A stretch of 64,000 nucleotides of DNA, from positions 9,860,001 through 9,924,000 of the forward strand of contig CM052832.1 of NCBI GenBank assembly GCA_028534125.1, written 5' to 3'. Positions 25,861 to 36,303 of this stretch are shown here, piece after piece. The notes beneath the pieces were generated by a model. It saw nothing but the letters and a program-made list of their open reading frames with translations. It did no database searches and was not told where the DNA came from. The position numbers and the translations under genes were made by a program. Positions within the stretch are counted from its first letter, which is position 1. Every line of letters starts with the position of its first letter. The stretch is from Lama glama. Its lineage: Eukaryota.

Positions 25861-28800
25861 CCAGTGCACCTGGGACAAACCAGCTCTGGCCCCTGACCAC
25901 ACAGGGCACGGTTTCTGAGGGGAGCCAGGATCCCCCCATTATCACATGCCTAAGGGCCATTAGGGACACTCGCTGTCTCCTTGAATCCTCACAAGACCCT
26001 TTGAGCCAGGTGCTATTATTGGCTCCATTTTACTGAGGAGGAAACCAAGGCACAGAGAGGTTAAGTGGCTTTCCCAGAGTCCCCAGCCAGTATGGACAGA
26101 GCGGACACTTCAGCCACCTCTGTTGGACAGTGAAGCTCATTTTGGTCACAACTAAGCTAGAACCCACACACAGCTTAGGGAAGGTAGAGGCGAGTGGGAG
26201 GTTCTGGGTGAAACGTGGCAGGAGGCAGCCCGTGGGTCTGAGGGTGCAGAGCGGGGTGAAACTTAGTTGAAACTTCAGTTCCTGCTATGTTTTCCATGTG
26301 ACTGGACAGAGGCAGGAATTCTCTGGGGGCAACAGACCCCCTGGTCCCCTCAGGAGGAGGGGCCGGGGAGAAGGTTCTTTCTTCAGGGAAACACCTTAGC
26401 CCCAGTGTCTGCATTGTAGAGGGCACTCAAGCTCCTGGTGTTACAAGTACACACGTGGTGGACCCTTTCCAGGTGTGGTGGGTTTGGAGATCAGACAGTG
26501 GGGAGGGTCTGGGGCATTTTATATCTCCCCGGCCCCTCCTCTCAGCTCCTCCTGACCAGACTGGGCACTGGGGGAGGCTGTGCGTGGCCCTCAGGCTTTG
26601 AGTGAGCAGGTGTGTTTGGTGGCTGGGTGGCGGTGTGAGGTTAGCATGCCCAGTGTCCCTCCTGGACCATACCATCTGCCCTTCTCAGCCCTCAAGTCCT
26701 GCCCTTAACCCCACACCCATCCCACCCAGGCCACACTCAGAGCAATGAAGGCTGGGGGCCAAGGGAGGGGACTGGGACTCTGCGAGGGGGGATGACAGCT
26801 TTGACAGCGAGGGGAGGGTGGCAGAGCCACTCTCTGTCAGAGGACAGGGCACAGGCTAAGGCTTCTGGCACTCTTTGATACACAGACACCTCGCTGCTCA
26901 GAATTCTCTCCAGTATCCTCTCCCAGGAGGCTCTCCCAGATCCTGGGTGTGTGGTGGGGCAGAGATTCCTGCGTCCATTTTACAAATGAGCAAACTGAGC
27001 CAGTGAGAGGCTGAGCAGGGCTGAGCCCAGGTTCTCGCCTGGCCCAGGATGGGTGCTCAGCCCTTTGTCAGAGAAACAAGGGGCTTGTTCTCCCCCAGTC
27101 CTCCCCGTGCCGGCTGGCACTGCCAGGCCCAGTGTCTGCACCTCCCCCAGCCCCCGGGGACCAACTGAAGTCAGATTGTTCCTGAGGGGGAGGGGCTCCC
27201 AGCACTGTGTGTGTCAGCGGGTAGGGGTGCAGCTGCAAGGGGAGCGGGCTGGGCTGGGGTCAGAGCCCATGAGGTCTGCAGGGATGCAGTTGGAGTGGGG
27301 GGCAAAGACAAGCTACCCCTCTGTAGGAGCACAGGACTAGGGTGGAGGCTGCAGCTGGGTCCCTGCTACAGGACAGAAGGGGGAAGGGGGTGTCTGCTCC
27401 TTTCTCCTTGGGGACAGTCCTGTTGGGAGCTAGGCAGAGAGGTTTCTGGGGCTGAAGCAGCCCCTTCACTAATTCCTGGCCTAGCAGGGCAGAGAAGGGA
27501 GGAAGGGAGGGGTAAGGGCGGCTGAGTACTCAACCCACCCCTCTAGGTGAATGGTGCCGCCTCACTTTGTTGCTTCTACCAGAGGGAGCCCTGACTTAGG
27601 GGTCAGGTGGCTGGGGCTCCATTCCTGGTCCTGGATCAACCAGACATGCAACCTGGGACAAACCAGTTCTGCAAGGAGACACAGTGGTCTGCAGACCCCC
27701 CACCCCCACCGACCATGGGCTGGCGAGCCAGACTGTGGGATTGGGTCCCAGCACTGTCCCTGCTGCAAGATACTTCACCTCCCTGTGCCTCCTTATCTGT
27801 AAAAGGAGAATAATAACCAAAGCTACACAGTGGGGCTGTTTGAGGTTAAAGTGCTTGGAACACTGCCCAGCACACAGTAACTGCTCAAATAGATGCAAAT
27901 TATTATTATTTCCTTGATCCGGTGTTTCACTGAATATTTGCCAGTGCCTTCCACTCATGCTGACTTAGTCTGATGACTGGCATTAGGCAAGGCATGTCAG
28001 CCTGTGCTGCTTTCCTTTGCCATCCCCAGAGGTCTGGGTCTCATCCTTAGGACATTGGGGCACAGCTCTGGCCTCTGGTCTACACTGCAGCTGACCCCGG
28101 CAGTCTTGTGTGATCCATCACTCACCCACTCAGCCTGCCAAGGGTAGTGCACTGTGTGAGACACATTATTTCCATTTAACGCTCTCACCAATCTTCTGAA
28201 ACTCTTTACAGATGAAAAAACTGAAGCTCAGAGAGGTTAAGTGACTTGCACAAGGTCACACAGCAAAGAAGTGGCAGAGCTGGGATTCAAGCCCTGTTTG
28301 AGAGCACTTGCTCAATTACAAAGTCATTCTGCCTCTTGCAGTATCACTGAGATTGGACCCTCCAGCCCCTGCCAGGACCTTTATGGCATCTCTCTTGGGG
28401 CCCCTGCACATCTCAGAGAGTCTCAGCGCATCCCAGCTGGGAGGGACTTTAAGAAATCACTCAGTCCAACATTTTCATTTTGTAGATGAGGAGACGCAGG
28501 CTGGAGAGGGGAAGGGATGTGCCCGGGGTCACTCAGTGAGCTAGGAACAGAGTGGGCTCAGCTGCAGGACTCATTCTGTCCTGTCCTTCCCCTTTCCAGA
28601 CTAGGCCTGGAGGCCTTAGTCCCCTGTCCCCCTGAGACCCATCAAAGATCAGGGCTGATGGGCTGGGTGGTGGTAGGCTCTACCTGGGCCCTGGCAGGAT
28701 CAGGTGCCCTGAAGTGGCCCTCCATGCGCAGGGTTATAATGACCTGTGGACTTGCCTTTCTTATTTACTGGACTGTAGACACCACCAGCTCAGGGCCTAC

Positions 28801-28864
28801 ATCTGGCTCACTGCTGTGTGGCCAATGCTGGGTCACAAATAGTCGTCATTCCCTGCACACAGAG

Positions 28865-29570
28865 GCCTGAGGCACAGCAGTGAACCAGACAGACAAAATG
28901 CCTGCCCTCAAGGGAGTTTGCATTCCTACTGAGAAAGGGATAAGAGGATGAATGAAATAACTAAGGAAAAATGTGTAATGCTTAAGATGGTAATAAGTGA
29001 TACGGAGAAACATAAAAGAGGGAAGGGGCATAGCGTGTGTGTGTGATGAGGAAGCTGGTAGAGGTTTTGCAAATTTTAAATAGGGTTGTCATAGAAGGTC
29101 TCTATAAGGAGGTGACATCTGAGCCTTGGAGGTGAAGGAATGAGTCATGATGGTGTCTGGGGGAATGGCACCCCAGGCAGAGGGAAGCGCAGGTGCAGAG
29201 GCCCCGGGGTGGGTGCCTGGTGTCTTTGAGGGACTGTGGCTGGAGCAGGAGGAACAAGGAGAGTAGGAGGTGATGGGGTACAGGGGACCATGAGGTGGGG
29301 ACAGATCATAGAGGGCTTTTTATGGTAAGGACTTTGGCTTTTAGGCTGAGTGAACGGGAGCCCTGGAGAGTTCTGAGCTGAGAAAGGGACAGGATCTCAC
29401 TTGGGTTTTCACAGGATCCCTCTAACTACCAGCTTGCAGGTAGAACGTCATGGGGCAAGACAAGATGAGTCTGATGTTAGGAGGCTCCTCCAGGAAGTCA
29501 GATAAGGCAGGGGCTGGGCCGCACTGGGGGCAGTGAGGTGGTGGCAGAGGTTGTATCTGAGGTCAGCTGT
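28865..29570. mobile_element. LINE-2 relic just upstream of TFEB exon 2
   Basis: CAGCAGTGAACCAGACAGACAAAATGCCTGCCCTCAAGGGAG...GGAGGTGACATCTGAG...GTAAGGACTTTGGCTTTT...AGGATCCCTCT. Confidence 0.75.
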
Positions 29571-29878
29571 GGCAGGACCACCACGTGCCATGGGAGAAAG
29601 ACAGGAGTCAAGGTTGACTCCATGCTTTTAGGGCTGACCTACTGCAACGAATGAAGAAGAGGGAGTCTCCATTTCTGGCCCAAGAACCAGGGTACTTGGG
29701 TTTAAGTCTTGGCTCTGTCACCTGCTTGCTTAGTGACCTCAGGCAAATCCCTCCCCATCTCCTGTAGAGTGGGTGCTGTCCCCTTTGTCCTGGTCCCTTC
29801 CCCAAGACCCTGTGCACTTTGAAGGGGACGTGTACCTCCAACCTGCCCCCTCCCGCCCGCAGGGAGCCAGCAGCCGCC

Positions 29879-29979
29879 ATGGCGTCGCGCATCGGGCTCC
29901 GCATGCAGCTCATGCGGGAGCAGGCGCAGCAGGAAGAGCAGCGGGAGCGCATGAAGCAGCAGGCCGTCATGCATTACAT

Positions 29980-30014
<35 letters not shown>

Positions 30015-30094
30015 TGGGGGGGCCGCCTACCCCCGCCATCAACACCCCCGTCCACTTCCAGTCTCCGCCACCGGTGCCCGGGGAGGTGCTTAAG
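29879..30094 (+). CDS. TFEB: TFEB coding exon 2 (aa 1-72: N-terminal Rag-binding region and polyQ)
   Basis: Acceptor cccgcag|G at 29862/29863; strong Kozak GCCGCCATGG; translates MASRIGLRMQ...PGEVLK; donor AAG|gtaggt at 30095. Confidence 0.97.
29981..30013 (+). repeat. TFEB: (CAG)11 encoding the TFEB polyglutamine tract
   Basis: 33 nt of uninterrupted CAG. Confidence 0.97.
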
Positions 30095-30176
30095 GTAGGT
30101 CTGCTCAGGCCTGTCCCCTCCCGCCCTGGACCCAGGAGCCCCCGCCTTGAGCCCTTTGCCTTCTCCCTGCTCCCAG

Positions 30177-30431
30177 GTGCAGTCCTACCTGGAGAACCCC
30201 ACCTCCTACCACCTGCAGCAGTCCCGGGACCAGAAGGTGCGGGAGTACCTGTCAGAGACCTACGGGAACAAGTTCGCCGCCCACATCAGCCCTGCACAGG
30301 GCTCCCCAAAGCCCCTGCCAGCCGCCTCCCCCGGGGTGCGGGCCGGACATGTGTTGTCTTCCTCGGCCGGCAACAGTGCTCCCAACAGCCCCATGGCCAT
30401 GCTGCACATTGGCTCTAACCCCGAGCGGGAG
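30177..30431 (+). CDS. TFEB: TFEB coding exon 3 (aa 73-157; carries the sites equivalent to human S122/S138/S142)
   Basis: Acceptor ctcccag|GTG; VQSYLENPTSYHL...NSAPNSPMAMLHIGSNPERE; donor GAG|gtgagt; 255 nt, phase 0-0. Confidence 0.97.
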
Positions 30432-30936
30432 GTGAGTGAGGACCTGGCCGGTGGCTGCCACCGGCAGAGCTGGGGCCAGGTGCTGTGCTCCTGGGACTCC
30501 TAGTCTAATGTTGGAGGCAAGGTACTGCTCTCAGGGACCCCAGTCTGAGGGGAGACACAGCCCCGTCCTCAGGGAGCCCCAGGCTCCCGGGAGAAACATC
30601 ATCCTTACTTTGGAAAGCTCCGCTGGGGAGAAACAGGAGACTCACACAGGAAAGCCTAGCACACCTGCAAAGCCATGTCCAGACAGAAGGTATACAAATC
30701 GATCTTCCTGGGCAAATTGCCTCCTTGGGAAGAGCCCGGGCCTGGGCCTCGGAGCCTGGGGGACCCAGACAGCTTATCCTCTTTCTGAGTCTGTTTCCTT
30801 CCCCCTCCCCCGGATGAGCAGGTTAGGGGAGGGTGGGCTCCAAAGTCACTTCGGGTCAGTGGCTGTCCGAGTGTCCCTTTCCCCCTGCCCTTCTCCAGGT
30901 GGGTTCCCCTAACACAGACTGTTTTTCTCCTTTCAG

Positions 30937-31014
30937 TTTGATGTTATCGACAACATTATGTGTCTGGATGATGTCCTGGGCTTCATCAATCCTGAAACTC
31001 AGATGCCTAACACG
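30937..31014 (+). CDS. TFEB: TFEB coding exon 4 (acidic activation region, aa 158-183); not represented in frame in the ORF track
   Basis: Acceptor tttttctcctttcag|TTT; FDVIDNIMCLDDVLGFINPETQMPNT; donor ACG|gtacag; 78 nt, phase 0-0. Confidence 0.95.
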
Positions 31015-32645
31015 GTACAGCTGGCCAGGGTGGGTTGGGTGTGACAGAGGGAGGGGCAGAGGCCCTGCATTGGCTGTGAGCCTGGAGAGAACTGGAGATG
31101 CATCCTTGCCTGGGTAGAGCCAGCACCCTGCTGCAGAGATGCGGGTCGCCTCCATCAAATCATGTGATGAGGGCCCAGGGCCAGGCAGAATTACGAATCC
31201 AGAGAAGTGCACCTTAGCCAGCATGCATGGTGGGGCTTCCGCAGGGAGAGGTAGCTGGGGGAAGCTTCTTGAGTTTGGGTGGGGCCAAGAGGCACTGGTG
31301 CTGGGCCTCAGTGGAGGAGAGCAGTGTGGCCACAGGAAGGCCTGGAGCTGATGAGTGCCTTTGGGATCTGGGTACCCCGTCCTCTACCGAGTCCAGGGCC
31401 TGTGGCCCTCACTCCCGGGGGCAAGTGATATCCAGTTGGCTTTATCCCCTCGCTCCAGCAGCCTCCTGGCAGTGTTAATGTTCTCTGGGCTTCCCAGGCA
31501 TAGGTGGGGTGGCAGGTGGGAAGGGGCCAGGCTTGGAATCAAGAGGCCTGATTCTGGCTTTGGCTATGGCCTTGGGAAGTCCCTTACCTGCTCTGAGCCC
31601 CTGGGGATGATGCCTTTTGCCCACAGAATTGTGGGGAAAGAGGTAAGGCAAGAAACCGAGGACTAGCTCTGCGCAAGGCAGACAGGTATTTACACTTACC
31701 AGGTGGGATTGTGGCCGTCCCCGCTTCTTTTTTAGAGATCCCTGAATCTCAGCTGCTTGCTCCCGCCCCTTGGCCTGAGCCTATCGCCCTGATCCTGGCC
31801 CACGCCCAGACCACTGAAGAAGAGTCCCTGGTCCTTGTGGTGGGGAGTCAGGGAGTAAATCTTCAGTCCCCACTGCCCATGTGACATTGCCCAGTGGCTC
31901 AGCAGAAGCTGGCCAGGGCCAGTGGGCCTGAGCCCCGCTGCCAGCAGGGGCATCGAGGGCTGGGAAGGGAGAGATGAGAGGACAAGCGTCTGACCCCTGT
32001 AGTGGTTCCTGTGTCCCCTGCAGGACTCTGGGCCTGTGGTTTGCTCTGTGTGTATCTGTGGCAGGCGCTGGGGAGGTCTTTCCAGAGCTCAAACCTGTCC
32101 TTGTCAGGCCCCTGTTTAAATCCCATCACAGAACCTCAGGGTCCCTGCAGGTGGAACCTGCACTGCAGGTGCTGGCAGCTCCTCCGCCTGCCGGCATCCA
32201 GCTGTGACCTCCACGCTCTGTCCAGCCCCTGCTTCTCGGCTCAGCCCTCCCCCCTGCCTCACCACACCCTCTGGAAACCTTCAGATTAGGTGCCCCTCCT
32301 GTGGGCTTCCTGAGGCCCTGGGCGTAATCCACTATCTCCTCTCTTTTTTCCACTGCTTTTCTTTACTGGCTGGTTGTTCCTTGAGGGCAAGGACTGCATC
32401 TTACTCAGCTCTGGCCTCTGCAGACTTTCAGGTGGACTTCCTAGGTGAAGAGGCCCAGGCTGAATGCTGAGCTCCCTGGCACTGGCTGCAGATCCCCTAA
32501 AGCTGAAACTGCGCCCTACGTGTCCCAGCATAGCCTCCCCTTGCTGTCCCTGGGAATCGCTGTTCCTGGGATGATGAGCCCTGGGGAGAGACCCCTGCAG
32601 ACTGAGGGCTGCTCACCAGGTCCCTTTTCCCACCTCATCCCGCAG

Positions 32646-32766
32646 CTGCCCCTGTCCAGCAGCCATCTGAATGTGTACAGTGGAGACCCCCAGGTAACCG
32701 CCTCCCTGGTGGGAGTCACCAGCAGCTCCTGCCCGGCTGACCTGACCCAGAAGAGAGAGCTTACAG
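32646..32766 (+). CDS. TFEB: TFEB coding exon 5 (includes the S211 14-3-3 motif SSSCPA)
   Basis: Acceptor cccgcag|CTG; LPLSSSHLNVYSGDPQVTASLVGVTSSSCPADLTQKRELT + G; donor CAG|gtacca; 121 nt. Confidence 0.97.
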
Positions 32767-32856
32767 GTACCACCTCCCCGCCTCCCTGTGCCCCAGCTCC
32801 CGCCCCTCCCTCTCCTCGCTTCCCTCCCAGCTCCTCTCTCCTCTCCTGGCCTCCAG

Positions 32857-32913
32857 ATGCTGAGAGCCGGGCACTGGCCAAGGAGCGGCAGAAGAAAGAC
32901 AATCACAACCTCA
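32857..32913 (+). CDS. TFEB: TFEB coding exon 6 (start of basic region)
   Basis: Acceptor ctccag|AT; (D)AESRALAKERQKKDNHNL; donor TCA|gtgagt; 57 nt. Confidence 0.97.
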
Positions 32914-33416
32914 GTGAGTCTCCCCAGCCCCTTCTCCCCGCCTCTCCCTTCCCCCCTCTCACCCGGCTGGCTCCAAAGGCACTCTGCCCTGCGCCGATTC
33001 TAGGAAGGATTCCCCACCCAAGGCCTTAAAATCTTGGCATTGACTGGGTTCAGCACTGCTCTCTTCCCCTTCCAGGAGGGGGTGGGAGAGGCGCTCCAGG
33101 GAAGAGATATTCCTGAAATTCCCAGCACTCCAGAGAGGAGGAGTTTATCAGATTGTTTTCTTTAGGGTAGGGCACCTGGGAAGGCGTTCTGGGCAGAGGA
33201 GGGGGTCCTCCCTAGGCAGCTGCGCCACGCTGCAGCCTGGCCCCCTTCATTGTGTCTGGACAGTGCCCAGCCCCCTCACCCCAACAGGCCTCCCATTTGG
33301 TTGCCATCACCCATTACTTCCCAGAAGGGTTAAGACGCCCCTCCTTGGGCTGGGCTCTTTCCCCAGGTGAGGTCCCCATCCCTCTAATCACTCCCTCTGG
33401 AATGTGTTACCTTTAG

Positions 33417-33492
33417 TTGAAAGGAGGCGGAGGTTCAACATCAATGACCGCATCAAGGAGCTGGGAATGCTGATCCCCAAGGCCAACGACTT
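33417..33492 (+). CDS. TFEB: TFEB coding exon 7 (basic region/NLS and helix 1); absent from the ORF track
   Basis: Acceptor ctttag|TT; (I)[24 protein letters not shown](L); donor CTT|gtgagt; 76 nt. Confidence 0.97.
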
Positions 33493-34092
33493 GTGAGTGG
33501 GTTTCTTGGAGGAAGGGGAGGGGCGGGCAGCAGTTCACAAGTATTATCTGCACCCAGTGCCTTGCTGGTTGCCAGGGGGAAGGGATGGGAAGAGAATCCC
33601 TTGGTCACTGCCTTAAAGGGCTTATCATCTATTTGGGAAAAGAAGATCCCTCCACCGCCCAAATAAAGCTCAAGACAAAGGAGCAAAAGTCCCAGAAATG
33701 AGTCTGGGGTCAGGAGGGCTTCCTGGAGGAGGAGTTATGCTGGGAAAGTTTGGTGAGGGCAGGGAACTGGTGCAGAGGTGGTCCAGGAACAGGAGTAATG
33801 AGAGTCGAAGACGAGTGTGGGTTTTGGTGGCAAGAACGGAAGGCCTGGGGAAGGAGGCTGCTCCAAATTGCTTGGTTCCTGGGATTAATGAGGTGAGTGG
33901 TGGCACCACAGGTATCTGGGAGGGTCTGTTCTGTACAGACAGAAATCAGCCTCTTCCATAAATAGGGATTGGCCTGGTCTGGGGTTTGGGGCAGAGTTGG
34001 AACAGGCAGCACAGGCTTCTGAAGCCAAGGCAGGGTTTTATTTCCACCCACCGAGCTCCTCTGAGCACGCCCCTCTGACTGCCTGGCTGCAG

Positions 34093-34240
34093 GGACGTGC
34101 GCTGGAACAAGGGCACCATCCTCAAGGCCTCTGTTGATTACATCCGGAGGATGCAGAAGGACCTGCAGAAGTCCCGGGAGCTGGAGAACCACTCTCGGCG
34201 CCTGGAAATGACCAACAAGCAGCTCTGGCTCCGTATCCAG
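34093..34240 (+). CDS. TFEB: TFEB coding exon 8 (helix 2 and leucine zipper)
   Basis: Acceptor ctgcag|[50 protein letters not shown]; donor CAG|gtctgg; 148 nt. Confidence 0.97.
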
Positions 34241-34764
34241 GTCTGGCCCCTGCACTTGGGCTTCTTGGGTAGCCCTGACTCCTCCCAGTGCTCACACTTC
34301 TGAAGTTGAAGCCATGGGGATGATGCCCATGAGGAGGGACGATGTATCAGTCAGGATGGTATATAGTTTGGGAACAAACCCTCCCCAGCAACTTAAAGCA
34401 ATAACTATCAGCTAGAGGTTCTGTTCGGTGAGACCCTCATTCTGGGACCCAGGCACACCTAGGGCTGGCTCTTAAAGCCATGTGTCACTCTTAGTGTGAC
34501 ACTTGTCCTTCTCACAGTTGCTGGATCAATGCAAGTACATGCGGACACCTAACCTCAAGGGGGCAGGAAAGTGCAGGCCCACCCCTGTGGGAGGCAGAGA
34601 GCCAGAACTATTCGGTGGGCAGTGCACTGCAGGGGACAAGTAAAAGCACTGAGGCTTGGGAGAGTCAATCCTACCGCCTAGAGCCGCCTAGTCCTGGCTC
34701 TGCATTGAAGGCTTCTTGTCCTCTTTGGACCCGAGGTAGGTCATCTATACGAAGGGCGATTGGA

Positions 34765-35045
34765 CTGCAGCTTTAAATTTTTTCTATTTCTTATGGTAGA
34801 TAATACCATTTACATTACAATCCAGCACACATAACCACAGTCAAAGTGAAAAATCAAAGTTTCATGAAAGAACCCTCATCCTTAATAGATGCAATGCATT
34901 CTGATAATTTCTATGCTAGTCTAGTCTAGGCAAGTCTATTTCAATTTAAAAAAAAAATTAGAAAGAGAGCTGGTTCAGACTCACTGTAGTGGTTTCACAA
35001 CCCACTAATGAGTTGCGACTTGTAATTTGAAAAAACACCAGTCTA
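34765..35045. mobile_element. Probable hAT-Charlie-type MER relic in the last TFEB intron
   Basis: AT-rich block ending GTTTCACAACCCACTAATGAGTTGCGACTTGTAATTTGAAAAAACAC; family not pinned down. Confidence 0.5.
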
Positions 35046-35195
35046 GACTCTACAGCTGCCCTGCGCTTCTTCCCAGCCGAGATATTCTGTGGTCTTGGGT
35101 GCCACAAGGGGAGGGGCAAGGGCTGAAGCCAGGCTCAGGGGGCTGCCAGTGCCCGTGGGTGTGTGCCTCCAGCCCTCCGTCTGCCCCACCTGCAG

Positions 35196-35684
35196 GAGCT
35201 GGAGATGCAGGCTCGCGTGCACGGCCTCCCGACCACCTCCCCATCGGGCATGAACATGGCGGAGCTGGCCCAGCAGGTGGTGAAGCAGGAGCTGCCCAGC
35301 GAGGAGGGTCCTGGGGAGGCCCTGCTGTTGGGGGCCGAGATCCCCGACCCCGAGCCACTGCCGGCTCTGCCCCCCCAGGCCCAGCTGCCCCCGCCAGCTC
35401 AGCCACCCCAGCCACCGTCCCCCTTCCACCAACTGGACTTCAGCCACAGCCTGAGCTTTGGGGGCGGGGGCAGCGAAGGGCCCCCAGGCTACCCCGAACC
35501 TCTGGGGCCAGAGCACGGCTCCCCATTCCCGAACCTGTCCAAGAAGGATCTGGACCTCGTGCTCCTGGACGACTCACTGCTACCCCTGGCCTCCGACCCC
35601 CTCTTCTCCACCATGTCCCCCGAGGCCTCCAAGGCCAGCAGCCGCAGGAGCAGCTTCAGCATGGAGGAGGGTGATGTGCTGTGA
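35196..35684 (+). CDS. TFEB: TFEB last coding exon 9 (Pro-rich region and Ser-rich C-terminus)
   Basis: Acceptor cctgcag|GAG; ELEMQARVHGLPTTSPSG...ASKASSRRSSFSMEEGDVL; TGA at 35682-35684. Confidence 0.97.
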   Translation, partial: ELEMQARVHGLPTTSPSGMNMAELAQQVVKQELPSEEGPGEALLLGAEIPDPEPLPALPPQAQLPPPAQPPQPPSPFHQLDFSHSLSFGGGGSEGPPGYPEPLGPEHGSPFPNLSKKDLDLVLLDDSLLPLASDPLFSTMSPEASKASSRRSSFSMEEGDVL

Positions 35685-36297
35685 CCTGGGCAGCGGGGGC
35701 AGGCCTGGGGGCTGGGAGGGCCAGGGCCACCTCCCTCCCAGCATTCAGGCTGCACTTGTGTGTGAAGTAGCCACCTGCCCCACCTCACTCCTCCCTGTCA
35801 GCCCCCTGTTTGGACTGAGTGCCTGCTTGGCAGCCTGTGGGGTCAGAATCCCCCCACCCAGGGGCAGCCTTCTTGATGGGGCTGGGCACGAATAGGCCTT
35901 TAACCTGGCTCCCGGAGGTGAAATCACAAGAGTAAGGGAGGGGACAGGGTACACTGGAGGCCAGAAGAAGTCCTGTCTTCTGAGCCTGGTTCCCCCCACC
36001 AGTGAAGGACACGTTGGAACAGAGGGATCAGAAGTTCCTTCTTAGAGGTAGTGACTGGTCCAGGGGGTGCCCAGGCCTGCCTTTCTGGGACTCCAATGGC
36101 AACAAGCCCGTCCTCCAGCCTGGCACTCCCCGCCCCTCACGCAGGTGGGGCACCCCCACCCCCTTTGGTGCTAACAGCTCTCCACCAGGTGGTGTGAGGG
36201 CGGGGGTGGCCAGAAGAGGGGGCGCTGGGCTCAAGTTAGAGCGTGGGGTCACTGCTGGAAGAGCAGTTCCCCTCCAGGCTCCCCACTTTGTGCCTTT

Positions 36298-36303
36298 AGT
36301 AAA
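36298..36303 (+). terminator. TFEB: Probable TFEB polyadenylation signal (variant AGTAAA)
   Basis: AGTAAA ~615 nt after the stop, followed by a GT/T-rich stretch (ctgtgctttgt...tgtcctgtctcttt). No AATAAA seen in the UTR. Confidence 0.7.

Noticed and set aside
5299..29587. Scattered single CACGTG sites (5299, 14299, 26452, 29582) as CLEAR elements
   Set aside because: They lack the full TCACGTGA palindrome and supporting motif context, so they cannot be separated from chance by eye.
29608..30055. Minus-strand ORFs with poly-Leu or Cys/Ser-rich content, and the + strand poly-Ala ORF
   Set aside because: Antisense or alternate-frame shadows of the TFEB CAG repeat and exon 2; no independent gene signals.
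35027..35674. 215-aa alternate-frame ORF overlapping exon 9
   Set aside because: It starts at a non-ATG codon inside an intronic repeat, exon 8 skipping does not enter this frame, and long open alternate frames are common in GC-rich exons.
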